From the NCBI GenBank assembly GCA_028826165.1, contig JAPDFW010000029.1:10-64009 (forward strand): a stretch of 64,000 nucleotides of DNA, in the 5' to 3' direction. Shown one piece after another: positions 24,907 to 39,555 of this stretch. The translations under genes were made by a program, and so were the position numbers. The notes under the pieces were generated by a model. The model saw only the letters and a program-made list of their open reading frames with translations. It was not told where the DNA came from and did not search any database. Position 1 is the first letter of the stretch, and every line of letters starts with the position of its first letter. This DNA comes from Anaeramoeba ignava BMAN (Eukaryota > Protista > Anaeramoebae).

Positions 24907-26604
24907 ATATTTATTTTCAATTTTTGTAAAAGTATTATCAATTATGGAAAAATTTATTAAAACAAAAGAATTGTTTTTATTTATTTATTTATTTACAACA
25001 GAATGTAATTTAGATTTATTTTTCAATGAATTTATTTTATTAAATATCTTTTTTTCATTTATAAATCATTAAGAAAGAAATGAAATGAAAATATTTTATT
25101 TTATTTTCCAACATTAAAATATTATAAATTAATGAATAAATAATCAAATTATTATTATTATTACTTTAATATATAATTAATAAATAAAAATCAAAAGAAA
25201 AATGAAAAATAAAAAAATAAAATATATTCAAACATTTTTATTTTTATTTAAATAAATATAAATTTAATTATACAATTAAAATTAATATCAATATTATATT
25301 AATAAATAATATAATAAATATAATATAAGAATAATAAATATATTAATAAAAATATATTTTATTAAATATTATTAAATATATTTTTTGGAATAATTAATAT
25401 TTATTTTGATTTCATTTCTTTTTGAAATTTCATTTTCATTTTCAATTTCAATTTTGATTTACAATTAAATTTATTTTTAATCAATTTTGAGTTTTGAATT
25501 TTAAATTTTAAATTAAATATTTACATCTATTTATTATACTTAATTTATTTATTCATTTTTATTTTAAATTAAATTAAATAAAAATATTAGAATTAATTAA
25601 TTAATTAATTATAAATGAAAATTTATTATTATTAATTATTAAAATAAATAAATTTGAAATGAAAAATAATAAATAAAAATGAATATTAATTATATTATAT
25701 AAATATAATAAATAAATATATAATTAATAAATATATAATAATAAATATCAATTCAAATATATGTAATATAAAATGTTTAAAAATAAAAATAAATTTTTAA
25801 AAGTATAAATCAAAATAAATAATATTTTTTTTATCAACTTTATTTCAATTTATATAAATATAAATCAAAAAAAAAAATAAAAAAATCAAATTTTATTCTA
25901 ATTTATATATTTTAAACATTTTTCAATAATAAATATTAAATCAAAAATATATATTCAAAATTAATATAATAATGGAATCAAATTTATTATCAATATTATA
26001 TTAATAAATAATATAATAAATATAATATAAGAATAATAAATATATTAATAAAAATATATTTTATTAAATATTCTTTTTTTGGATTTGATTTTTATTTTGA
26101 ATTTAATTTGAATTTGATTTGAATTTGAATTTGATTTGAATTTGAATTTATTTTATTTTGAATTTAATTGAATTTGATTTGAATTTGAATTTAATTTAAA
26201 TCTAATTTAATTTCATTTTCATTTTCAATTTCATTTTCAATTTGAATTTAATTTGAATTTGATTTGAATTTGAATTTTAATTTGATTTGAATTTAATTTG
26301 AATTTAATTTGAATTTAATTTGAATTTGAATTTAATTTGAATTTGATTTGAATTTGAATTTGAATTTGAATTTGAATTTGAATTTGAATTTAATTTGAAT
26401 TTAATTTGAATTTAATTTGAATTTAATTTAATTTGAATTTAATTTGATTTGAATTTGAATTTAATTTGAATATGAATTTAATTTGAATTCATTTAAATTT
26501 TCAATTTAGATTACAATCAACTTTACATAATAAATAAACACAAAAAAAAATCAATCAATATTCATTTCTGATTTTTATTTTGATTTTTCTTATTATTTTT
26601 ATTT

Positions 26605-27490
26605 TGAATTCAATTTACAATTAAATTACAATTAATTCAATTTACAATTAAATTAAATTAATTCAATTTACAATTAAATTACAATTAATTCAATTTACAA
26701 TTAAATTAAATAAATTCAATTTACAATTAAATTAAATAAATTCAATTTACAATTAAATTAAAATTAAATATAATTCAATTTAAATTAAATTTAAATTCAA
26801 TTTTACAATTAAATTAAATAAATTCTAATTAAATTAAATAAATAATTAATTCAATTTACAATTAAATTAAATAAATTAATTCAATTTACAATTAAATTAA
26901 ATAAATTAAATTCAATTTACAATTAAATTAAATAAATAATAAATTTCAATTTACAATTAAATTAAATAAATTAATTCAATTTACAATTAAATTAAATAAA
27001 TTAAATTCAATTTACAATTAAATTAAAAATAAATTCAATTTTACAATTAAATAAATTAAATTAAATTATAAATTCAATTTACAATTAAATTAAATAAATT
27101 CAATTCAATTTTACAATTAAAAATAAATAATTCAATTTACAATTAAATTAAATAAATTAATTCAATTTACAATTAAATTAAATAAATAATTAATTCAATT
27201 TACAATTAAATTAAATAAATAATTAATTCAATTTACAATTAAATAAATTAATAAATAATTAATTCAATTTACAATTAAATTAAATAAATTAATTCAATTT
27301 ACAATTAAATTAAATAAATAATTAATTCAATTTACAATTAAATTAAATAAATTAATTCAATTTACAAAATTAAATTAAATAAATAAATAATTCAATTTTC
27401 AATTAAATTAAATAAATAATTAATTCAATTTACAATTAAATTAAATAAATAAATAATTCAATTCAATTTACAATTAAATCAAATAATTCT
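26605..27490. repeat. Satellite S array 2, preceded by a (GAATTT/AATTT)n tract at 26090-26495
   Basis: Directly visible. Confidence 0.95.
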
Positions 27491-30400
27491 ACATTTTGTT
27501 TTCATTTTATTTATTTATTAATAAAACGGATTTATGTTTAAAAAGTTATTTTTCAATTTTATTTGATTTTTATTTGATTTTCATTTTTTATTTTGATTTT
27601 CAATTATTTTGAATTAAAATAGAACAAAAAATAAATCTATTTTGAATTGAGCTATTTTATTATATTTTTTGTTTGATTTAATATAAAACAAGTATTTCAC
27701 TTCAATTATATAACAAAATTGAAGTATGTTTTGAATTAATTTACAATATAATTACATTTAATTCACATTTATTTCAATTCAAATTTATATTCAATTTCAT
27801 TTATAGTTAATTTATAAAGGAAATAAAAAGTAAATTAAAATGGGGATGGGTTGAAGGAGCATAAGGGGATTAATAATAATTTATTCATAATTTATTCATA
27901 ATTTAATTTATTTTTTATTTTTATTTTTAATTTATGTTTTTAATTTTGAAATTTATTTTTATATTTGATATATATATTTTTAGTATTTTGTAAATTAAAA
28001 TATTTATAAATAAATATTTATTTTAATTTATTTTTAATTTAATTTAATTTAATTTTATTTTGTTTTTTATTAATTTAGAATTAATAATCAATTTTTAAAA
28101 TATAATATATATTTTATCTTCTTTTTTCTTCTTCTTCTATTTATTTATTTATTTATTTGCAATTTCATTTTTCAATTTAATTTAATTTAATTTTCAATTT
28201 CAATTTCATTTTACAATTTAATTTCTATTTTCATTTTAATTTTCAATTTAATTTAATTTTAATTCAATTTAATTCATATTTTATATTTTATAAATTAAAT
28301 AAATAAAATATTTTTAATTGTAATTTATTTTATTTTCATTTTATTTTGTGTGTAAATAAATTTTGAAAAAAATCAAAAAAAATAAAATTAATAAAATAAA
28401 TAAAAATAAATTTTGAAAATAATAATTGAATTATTAATAAAATAAAAAATATTAGAATTAATTAATTAATTAATTATAAATCAAAATTTATTATTATTAA
28501 TTATTAAAAATAAATAAATTTGAAATGAAAAATAATAAATAAAAATGAATATTAATTATATTATATAAATATAATGAATGAATATATAATTAATAAATAT
28601 ATAATAATAAATATCAATCCAAAATATATATAGTGTAAAATGTTTAAAAATAAAAATAAATTTTTAAAAGTATAAATCAAAATAAATAATATTTTTTTAT
28701 CAACTTTAATTTCAATTTATATAAATATAAATCAAAAAAAAAATAAAAAAAATCAAAATTTTATTCTAATTTATATATTTTAAACATTTTTCAATAATAA
28801 ATATTAAATCAAAATATATATTCAAAATTAATATAATAATGTAATCAAATTTATTATCAATATTATATTAATAAATAATATAATAAATATAATATCAGAA
28901 TAATAAATATATTAATAAAAATATATTTTATTAAATATTCTTTTTTTTGGATTTGATTTTTATTTTGTAATTCTTTTTATATTTTTTAGAATAATTATTT
29001 ATTTATTTTCATTTATTATTTTATTCAAAATTTCATTTTAATTTCATTTACAATTTAATTTATTTTAAATATAATTTAATTTCATTTTCATTTTCATTTT
29101 CAATTTCATTTTCAATTTCAATTTAATTTAGATTTGAATTATAAAATAAATGAAATTAAATAAAATTAATAATTAATTAATATTAAATAAATATTCTATT
29201 TATATTCATTATTATTATTAATAACTATTTATATATCTATTCATTTTATTTGATTTATTTGATTTATTTGATTTATTCTTTATTCATTAATCTCATTTTA
29301 AATTAATTTATTGAAAATTTTGTAACAAAAATAAATAAATAAATAAATAAAAGATATTTTGAATTTAAATTAATCAAAAATATAATTAAAAGTTGTTTAA
29401 TTTAATTTAATTTAATTTAATTTAATTTAATAAAAAGATAAAAAGTATTTTTTTTTGAAATGGAGAAAATAAAATTATAAATTAAAAAGGAGAAAAAAAT
29501 AGAAAAGATAAAAAGTATTTTTTTAAAAAGATAAAAAGTATTTTTTTGAAATGGAGAAAATATATAAAAATAAAAGGAGAAAAAAAATAAATATAAAATT
29601 GATAATTGTTTTAATTATTTTTATTTCTTTATTATTTTATTATTTTATTATTTTATTATTCTTTTATCAAAAATATAAATAATATTTATAAATAATAATT
29701 TAATTTTCATTTCAAAAAAATAATTAATCTATAAAATATTAAATAATAATTAATATTAATATTAATTCAATTATTTTCAATTTTCAACTTAAAATTTAAT
29801 TTAATTTATTTTCAATTTCAATTTCAATTTATATTTTGTAAACAATTTAATAAAATATTTTTAATTGTAATTTATTTTATTTTCATTTTATTTTGTGTGT
29901 AAATGAATTTTGAAAAAAATCAAAAAAAATAAAATTAATAAAATAAATAAAAATAAATTTTGAAAATAATAATTGAATTATTAATAAAATAAAAATATTA
30001 GAATTAATTAATTAATTAATTATAAATGAAAATTTATTATTATTAATTATTAAAATAAATAAATTTGAAATGAAAAATAATAAATAAAAATGAATATTAA
30101 TTATATTATATAAATAAAATGAATGAATATATAATTAATAAATATATAATAATAAATATCAATTCAAAATATATATAATATAAAATGTTTAAAAAATAAA
30201 AATAAATTTTTAAAAGTATAAATCAAAATAAATAATATTTTTTTTATCAACTTTATTTCAATTTATATAAATATAAATCAAAAAAAAAATAAAAAAAAAT
30301 CAAATTTTATTCTAATTTATATATTTTAAACATTTTTCAATAATAAATATTAAATCAAAATATATATTCAAAATTAATATAATAATGAAATCAAATTTAT

Positions 30401-32001
30401 TATCAATATTATATTAATAAATAATATAATAAATATAATATCAGAATAATAAATATATTAATAAAAATATATTTTATTAAATATTCTTTTTGGATTTAAT
30501 TTTTATTTTGTAATTCTTTTATATTTTTAGAATAATTATTTATTTATTTTCATTTATTATTTTATTCAAAATTTCATTTTAATTTCATTTACAATTTAAT
30601 TTATTTTTAAATATAATTTAATTTCATTTTCATTTTCATTTTCATTTTCAATTTAATTTAGATTTGAATTATAAAATAAATGAAATTAAAATAAAATTAA
30701 TAATTAATTAATATTAAATAAATATTCTATTTATATTCATTATTATTATTATTATAATTTATTTATATATCTATTCATTTTATTTGATTTATTTTATTTG
30801 ATTTTTTATTATTTATTTATTTTTATTTTATTCATTCATCTCATTTTAAATTAATTTATTGAAAATTTTGCAACAAAAATAAATAAAATAAATAAATAAA
30901 TAAAAGATATTTTGAATTTAAATTAATCAAAAATATAATTAAAAATTGTTTAATTTAATTTAATTTAATTTAATTTAATTTAATTTAATTTAATTTAATT
31001 TAATTTAATTTAATAAAAAGATAAAAAGTATTTTTGAAATGGAGAAAATAAAATTATAAATTAAAAAGGAGAAAAAAGTAGAAAAGATAAAAAGTATTTT
31101 TTAAAAGATAAAAGTATTTTTGAAAAGATAAAAAGTATTTTTGAAATGGAGAAAATATAAAAAAATAAAAGGAGAAAAAAAATAAATATAAAATTGATAA
31201 TTGTTTTAATTATTTTTATTAATTTTTTTTTATTTTATTATTTTATTATTTTATTATTCTTTTATCAAAAATATAAATAATATTTATAAATAATAATTTA
31301 ATTTTCATTTCAAAAATAATTAATCTATAAAAAAATTAAATAAATAATAATTAATATTAATATTAATTCAATTATATTCAATTTTCAACTTAAAATTTAA
31401 TTTAATTTTTATTTTCATTTTCAATTTCAATTTATATTTTGTAAACAATTTAATAAATATTTTTAATTGTAATTTATTTTATTTTCATTTTTATTTTGTG
31501 TGTAAATAAATTTTGAAAAAATCAAAAAAAATAAAATTAATAAAATAAAATAAAAAATAAATTTTGAAAATAATAATTGAATTATTAATAAAATAAAAAT
31601 ATTAGAATTAATTAATTAATTAATTATAAATCAAAATTTATTATTATTAATTATTAAAATAAATAAATTTGAAATGAAAAATAATAAATAAAAATGAATA
31701 TTAATTATATTATATAAATATAAAGAATGAATATATAATTAATAAATATATAATAATAAATATCAATTCAAAATATATATAGTGTAAAATGTTTAAAAAT
31801 AAAAATAAATTTTTAAAAGTATAAATCAAAATAAATAATATTTTTTTTTATCAACTTTATTTCAATTTATATAAATATAAATCAAAAAAAAAATAAAAAA
31901 AATCAAATTTTATTCTAATTTATAAAAACAAAAAAAAATAAAAATAAAAGAAAAATATATATTAAAAAAATTAATAAAAAATGAAATTTATTATCAATAT
32001 T

Positions 32002-32346
32002 CCTCCCCGTTAACACCGACTTACAGCCGTTGTTACCAACCCTCAGGGTTGTCAAACCTCGATATTATTAAAAATGTCTTTTTGATGTTTTTTTTGAATT
32101 TTGAGATTTGTCAAACAAGTCTTTCATATGGATTTATTTATTTGTTTATTCGAAAGGAATCCTTTCTCATTAAATAAATCCTATTCGGATTTGTTTGACA
32201 AATTTTCAGTTTGTCAAAACACATACTGCTTTTTTCATTTTGGTTGATTTTTTTAATTTTCTTTGAATTTAATTTCATTTAATTTGTGTTTTAATTTGAT
32301 ATTTGAATTTAATTTATATCTTGAAAAATGGGTTGAAAATGGGGAA
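32002..32346. ncRNA. Hairpin island H, copy 2 (3' C-rich part degraded)
   Basis: CCTCCCCGTTAACACCGACTTACAGCCGTTGTTACCAACCCTCAGGGTTG at 32002-32051; core at 32102-32203. Confidence 0.4.
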
Positions 32347-33699
32347 TATTTATTTTCAATTTTTGTAAAAGTATTATCAATTATGGAAAAATTTATTAAA
32401 AACAAAAAGAATTGTTTTTATTTATTTATTTACAACAGAATGTAATTTAGATTTATTTTTCAATGAATTTATTTTAATTAAATATCTTTTTCAATTTTAT
32501 AAATCATTAAGAAAAGAAATGAAAATATTTTATTTTATTTTCCAACATTAAAAATATTATAAATTAATGAATAAATAATCAAATTATTATTATTATTATT
32601 CAATTAATATATAATTAATAAATATAAATCAAAAATAAAAATGAAAAATAAAATCAAAATATATATTACAAACATTTTTCAAAAATAAAATCAATTAAAT
32701 TATATTTCAAAATTAATATAATAATATAATCAAATTAATTATCAATATTATATTAATAAATAATATAATAAATATAATATAAGAATAATAAATATATTAA
32801 TAAAAATAATTTTATTAAATATTCTTATTAAATATTCTTTTGGAATAATTAATATTTATTGATTTCATTTCTTTTTGAAATTTCATTTTCATTTTTCAAT
32901 TTCAATTTTGATTTCAAATTTTATTTTTAATCAATTTTTGAATTTTGAATTTTAAATTTTAAATTAAATATTTGAAAAATCTAATTTATTATATTTAATT
33001 TATTTATTCATTTAATTTTAAATTAAATAAAAATAAAAATTAATTAATTAATTAATTATAAATCAAAATTTAAATTATTATTAATTATTAAAATAAATAA
33101 ATTTGAAATGAAAAATAATAAATAAAAATGAATATTAATTATATTATATAAATATAATAAATGAATATATAATTAATAAAAATATATAATAATAAATATC
33201 AATTTAAAAATATATATAATGTAAAATGTTTAAAAATAAAAATAAATTTTTAAAAGTATAAATCAAAATAAATAATATTTTTTTTTATCAACTTAATTTC
33301 AATTTATATAAATATAAATCAAAAATAAAAATCAAATTTTATTCTAATTTATATATTTTAAACATTTTTCAATAATAAATATTAAATCAAAAATATATAT
33401 TCAAAATTAATATAATAATTAAATCAAATTTATTATCAATATTATATTAATAAATAATATAATAAATATAATATCAGAATAATAAATATATTAATAAAAA
33501 TATATTTTATTAAATATTCTTTTTGGATTTGATTTTTATTTTTGTAATTCTTTTTATATTTTTAGAATAATTATTTATTTATTTTCATTTATTATTTTAT
33601 TCAAAATTTCATTTTAATTTCATTTTACAATTTAATTTATTTAAATTTAATTTAATTTAATTTTCATTTTAAATTTTTTCATTTTAATTTGAATTTCAA

Positions 33700-34610
33700 T
33701 TTATTTTCCAATTTATTTATAATTTATATTCAAAAATAAAAATCGAATATATAAAAATATAAAAAATTAAATTAAATTTAATTTTTCGAATTTATTTTAT
33801 AAATTAATTTAAATTAAAAATAAAAATTCAATTTATTTATATATATTGATTTAAACAAATTTTAATTAAATTTAAAAATTAATTAATTTTAATTAAATTT
33901 TTTTAATTTATAATTTATAAATTCAAAAATAAAAAAATTTTAATTTATATAAAATAAATTTAAATTTATTTTTCAATTAATTTTAATTCAATTTTTAAAT
34001 TAAAAATCAATTTATTTTATAATATAAACAAATTTTAATTTTAAATTAAATAATTTTTAATTTAATTTTTAAAATTTTCAATTTATAATTTTATATTCAA
34101 ATTTATTTTAAAAATCAATTTTTATATATATAAAATTATAAATTTATTTTAAATTATTTATTTAATTAATTTAAATTTAAAAATAAAAATAAATTTATTT
34201 TCAATTTATTTTTATATTAATTAAAAAACAAATTCACAATTAAAAAATTAATTAAATTTAATTTACAATTTAATTTCCAATTTATTTATATTAATATTCA
34301 AAAATAAAATTCAATTTTACAATTAAATTTTAAATTAAATTTCAATTTTTAAAATTAAAAAATTACAATTATAAAATTTATATTTTAATTTTAAATTTAT
34401 TTTCAATTTATATTTCAATTTAAATTAAAAATAAATTTTCTTTAATTTATTTTCAATTATATTTTCAATTAAATTAAAAATAAATTTCAAAATTTACAAT
34501 TAAAATTACATTTTAAATTTCAATTTAATTTCAATTTAATTTATCAATTTTAAATTCAAAAAAATTTCAATTTCTCTATATATAAAATATATAAATTTAT
34601 TTTTCAATTT
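33700..34610. repeat. Degraded or chimeric ~170-bp array
   Basis: Remnant markers (CAATTTCTCTATATATAAAATATATAAATTT at ~34568) mixed with satellite-S words. Confidence 0.65.
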
Positions 34611-35899
34611 AATTTGAATTTGATTTGAATTTAATTTCAATTTGAATTTAATTAATTTAAATTTTAATTCAATTTCAAATTAAATTTTACAATTAAATAA
34701 ATATTTTTAATTGTAATTTATTTTATTTTCATTTTATTTTGTGTAAATAAATTTTTTGAAAATTCAAAAAAAAAAATAAAAATTAATAAAATAAATAAAA
34801 ATAAATTTTGGAAAATAATAATTGAATTATTAATAAAATAAAAATATTAGAATTAATTATTAATTAAAATAAAAAAAAAAAAATTTAATTATTAATTATT
34901 AAAATAAATAAATTTGAAATGAAAAATAATAAATAAAAATGAATATTGATTATATTATATAAATATAATTAATGAATATATAATTAATAAATATATAATA
35001 ATAAATATCAATTCAAAATATATATAGTGTAAAAATGTTTAAAAATAAAAATAAATTTTTAAAAGTATAAATCAAAATAAATAATATTTTTATCAACTTT
35101 AATTTCAATTTATATAAATATAAATCAAAAAAAATAAAAAAATCAAATTTTATTCTAATTTATATATTTTAAACATTTTCAATAATAAATATTAAATCAA
35201 AATATATATTCAAAATCAATATAATAATGGAATCAAATTTATTATCAATATTATATTAATAAATAATATAATAAATATAATATCAGAATAATAAATATAT
35301 TAATAAAAATATATTTTATTAAATATTCTTTTTGGATTTGATTTTTATTAAATAAATTAATTCAATTTTTAGAATTAATTTATTTATTTTATTTCAATTA
35401 AATTCAAAATTTTTTAATTTCAATTTACAATTTAATTTAAATTAATTTAAATTTAATTTTCCATTTTCATTTTACAAAAATTTCAAATTTTCATTTTAAT
35501 TTTTTTTTTGAATTTGAATTTACATTTAAATTTAAATAAATAATTAAAATTTAATTTTTAAAATTTTAAATTTACAATTAAAAAAATTAAATTTGAATTT
35601 CAATTTACAATTAATTTAAAATTATTGTAAATTTTAATTCAATTTGAATTTAAATTTAAATTTGAATTTAAATTTATTTTAAATTTAATTTTAATTTAAT
35701 TTAATTCAGAATTTAATTTTTTTTAATTAAATAAAATTAAATTTCAATTTCAATTTTAATTTAATTTAAAAATTTTCAATTTAAATTCAATTTCAAATCA
35801 ATTTCAATTTAATTTAAAATTAAATTAATTTAAAATTATTTTCAATTTAATTTTTTAAATTTTTTTAATTTTTAATTCAATTTTAAATTAAATTTAAAT

Positions 35900-37275
35900 A
35901 AAATAAAAAAAATTTCAATTTACAATTAAATTAAAAAAATTTAATTTTTTACAATTAAATAAATAAAAATTAATTCAATTTTAAATTAAATAAATAAATT
36001 TAATTCAATTACAAATTAATAATTAAATAATTCAAATTCAATTTTAAATTAAATTAATAAATAATTCAATTTACAATTTAATTCAATTTTACAATTAAAT
36101 CAAAAATTAAATTAATTCAATTTACAATTAAATAAAAAAAAATTCAATTTACAATTAAATTAAATTAATTCAATTTACAATTTAAATTAAATTCAATTTA
36201 CAATTAAATTAAATAAAATAATTAATTCAATTTACAATTAAATAAATTAAATTAATTCAAATTTACAATTAAATTAATAAATAAATTCAATTTACAATTA
36301 AATTAAATTAAATTCAATTTAAAAATTAAATTAAATTAATTCAATTTACAATTAAATTAAATAAAATTCAATTTACAATTAAATTAAATAAATTCAATTT
36401 ACAATTAAATTAAATAAATTCAAATTTACAATTAAATTAAATAAAATTCAATTTACAATTAAATTAAAAAAATAAATTCAATTCAAATTTACAATTAATT
36501 AAATAAATAAATTCAATTTACAATTAAATTAAATAAATAAATTCAATTTACAATTAAAAAAAATTAAATAAATTAAATTCAATTTAATTAAATTAAATTC
36601 AATTACAATTTAAAATTAAATCAAATAAAATTAAATTAATTAAATTCAATTTAAATTAAACAAATAAATTCAAATTAAATTTAATAATTAAATTCAATTT
36701 ACAATTAAATTAATAATTTCAATTCAAATTTATTAAATAAAATTCAATTTACAATTAAATTAAATAAATAAATTCAATTTACAATTAAATTAAATAAAAA
36801 TTCAATTAAATTTAAATTAAATTTAAAAAAATTCAATTAAATCAATAAATTAAATTCAATTTACAATTAAATCAAAAATAAATTCAATTTCAATTAAATT
36901 AAATTAAATTACAATTAAATTAAATTAATTCAATTCAATTTAAATAATCAATTAAATTAATTCAATTTACAATTAAATAAAAATAAATTAATTCAATTTT
37001 ACAATTAAATTAAATAAATATAATTCAATTTACAATTAAATCAAATATAATTCAATTTACAATTAAATCAAATATAATTCAATTTACAATTAAATCAAAA
37101 TTAAATTCAATTTACAATTAAATCAAATATAATTCAATTTACAATTAAATCAAATATAATTCAATTTACAATTAAATCAAATATAATTCAATTTACAATT
37201 AAATTAAATATAATTCAATTTACAATTAAATCAATAAATAATTAATTCAATTTACAATTAAATCAAATTAAATTA
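35900..37275. repeat. Satellite S array 3
   Basis: Same core; noisy left part, clean TCAAATATAA-linker run at 37020-37200. Confidence 0.9.
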
Positions 37276-37626
37276 CATTTTGTTTTCATTTTATTTATTT
37301 ATTAATAAAACGAATTTATGTTCAAACACTTATTTTTCAATTTTATTTGATTTTTATTTGATTTTCATTGATTTATTTTGATTTTCAATTATTTTGAATT
37401 AAAACAGAACAAAAAGTAAATCAATATTGAATTAAGTTATTTTATTATATTTTTTATTTGATTTAATATAAAACAATTATTTAACTTCAATTATAAAACA
37501 AAATTGAAGTATGTTTTGAATTAATTTACAACATAATTCTATTTAATTTACATTTATTTCAATTCAAATTTATGTTTAATTTCAATTATAGTTAATTTAT
37601 AAAGGAAATAAAAAGGAAATTAAAAT

Positions 37627-37653
37627 GGGGTTGGGTTGAAGGGGCATAAGGGG
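37627..37653 (+). other. G-rich element with G-quadruplex consensus (variants at 23584-23611, 27842-27868, 49515-49541; degraded ~57355)
   Basis: GGGG-TT-GGG-TTGAA-GGGG-CATAA-GGGG fits (G3+N1-7)3G3+. In the other copies at least one tract is reduced to GG. Confidence 0.55.
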
Positions 37654-39415
37654 ATTAATAATAATTTATTCATAATTTATTCATAATTTAATTTATTTTT
37701 TATTTTTATTTTTAATTTATGTTTTTAATTTTGAAATTTATTTTTATATTTGATATGTATATTTTTAGTATTTTGTAAATTAAAAATATTAAATAAATAT
37801 ATTTATTTTAATTTAATTTAATTTAATTTAATTTAATTTTGTTTTTATTAATTTAGAATTAATAATCAATTTTTAAAATATAATATATATTTTATCTTCT
37901 TTTCTTCTTCTATTTATTTATTTATTTATTTGCAATTTCATTTTCAATTTAATTTAATTTAATTTTAATTTTCATTTTACAATTTAATTTCTATTTTCAT
38001 TTTAATTTTCAATTTAATTTAATTTTAATTCAATTTAATTCATATTTTATATTTTATAAATTAAATAAATAAAATATTTTTAATTGTAATTTATTTTATT
38101 TTCATTTTATTTTGTGTGTAAATGAATTTTGAAAAATCAAAAATAAAATTAATAAAATAAATAAAAATAAATTTTGAAAATAATAATTGAATTATTAATA
38201 AAATAAAAAATATTAGAATTAATTAATTAATTAATTATAAATCAAAATTTATTATTATTAATTATTAAAATAAATAAATTTGAAATGAAAAATAATAAAT
38301 AAAAATGAATATTAATTATATTATATAAATATAAAGAATGAATATATAATTAATAAATATATAATAATAAATATCAAATCCAAAATATATATAATGTAAA
38401 ATGTTTAAAAATAAAAATAAATTTTTAAAAGTATAAATCAAAATAAATAATATTTTTTTATCAACTTTATTTCAATTTATATAAATATAAATCAAAAATA
38501 AAAAAAATCAAATTTTATTCTAATTTATATATTTTAAACATTTTTCAATAATAAATATTAAATCAAAATATATATTCAAAAATTAATATAATAATGGAAT
38601 CAAATTTATTATCAATATTATATTAATAAATAACAATAAATATAATATCAGAATAATAAATATATTAATAAAAATATATTTTATTAAATATTCTTTTTGG
38701 ATTTGATTTTTATTTTGTAATTCTTTTATATTTTTTAGAATAATTATTTATTTATTTTCATTTATTATTTTATTCAAAATTTCATTTTAATTTCATTTAC
38801 AATTTAATTTATTTTTAAATATAATTTAATTTCATTTTCAATTTCAATTTCATTTTCATTTTCATTTAGATTTAATTTTAATTTGAATTTGAATTTAATT
38901 TAATTTAAAAAATTTGATTTTTAATTTGAATTTAATTTGAATTTGAATTTAATTTTAATTAATTTGAATTTGAATTTGAATTTGATTTGAATTTCAATTT
39001 AATTTGATTTGATTTTGATTTGAATTTAATTTGAATTTGAATTTGAATTTGAATTTAATTTTGAATTTGAATTTAATTTAATTTTTATTTAATTAATTTA
39101 ATTTGAATTTAAATTTAATTTGATTTTTAATTTATATTGATTTAATTTTGAATTTAATTTGAATTTAATTTGAATTTAATTTTAATTTTGAATTTAATTT
39201 TTAATTTAAATTAAAATTAAAATTCAATTTGAATTTGTTATTTTTCAATTTCATTTTCAATTTGATTTGAATTTAAAAATCATTTTAATTATTTTTCAAT
39301 TTGAATTTTTTAATTTTTAATTTTAAATTTATTTAAATTTGAATTTAATTTGATTTTGAATTTAAAACAAATATTTATTTCTTTTTTTGTTTTATTTTTC
39401 TTTTTCTTTTTCATT

Positions 39416-39555
39416 TTTCAATTACATTTTCAATTACATTTTCAATTACATTTTCAATTACATTTTCAATTACATTTTCAATTACATTTTCAATTACATT
39501 TTCATTTTCAATTTCATTTCATTTCATTTTCAATTACATTTTCAATTACATTTTC
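39416..39555. repeat. 12-bp minisatellite (CAATTACATTTT)n (second array at 43681-43830)
   Basis: Directly visible; source of the FQLH/FNYI/FSIT ORFs. Both arrays follow a GAATTT tract and TTTAAAACAAATATTTATTTC. Confidence 0.95.

Noticed and set aside
24594-32346. Differences among H copies as biological decay or diversification
   Set aside because: The altered parts of copies 1, 2 and 4 look like blends with module M or other cassettes, typical of consensus over mis-mapped repeats; not interpretable without reads.
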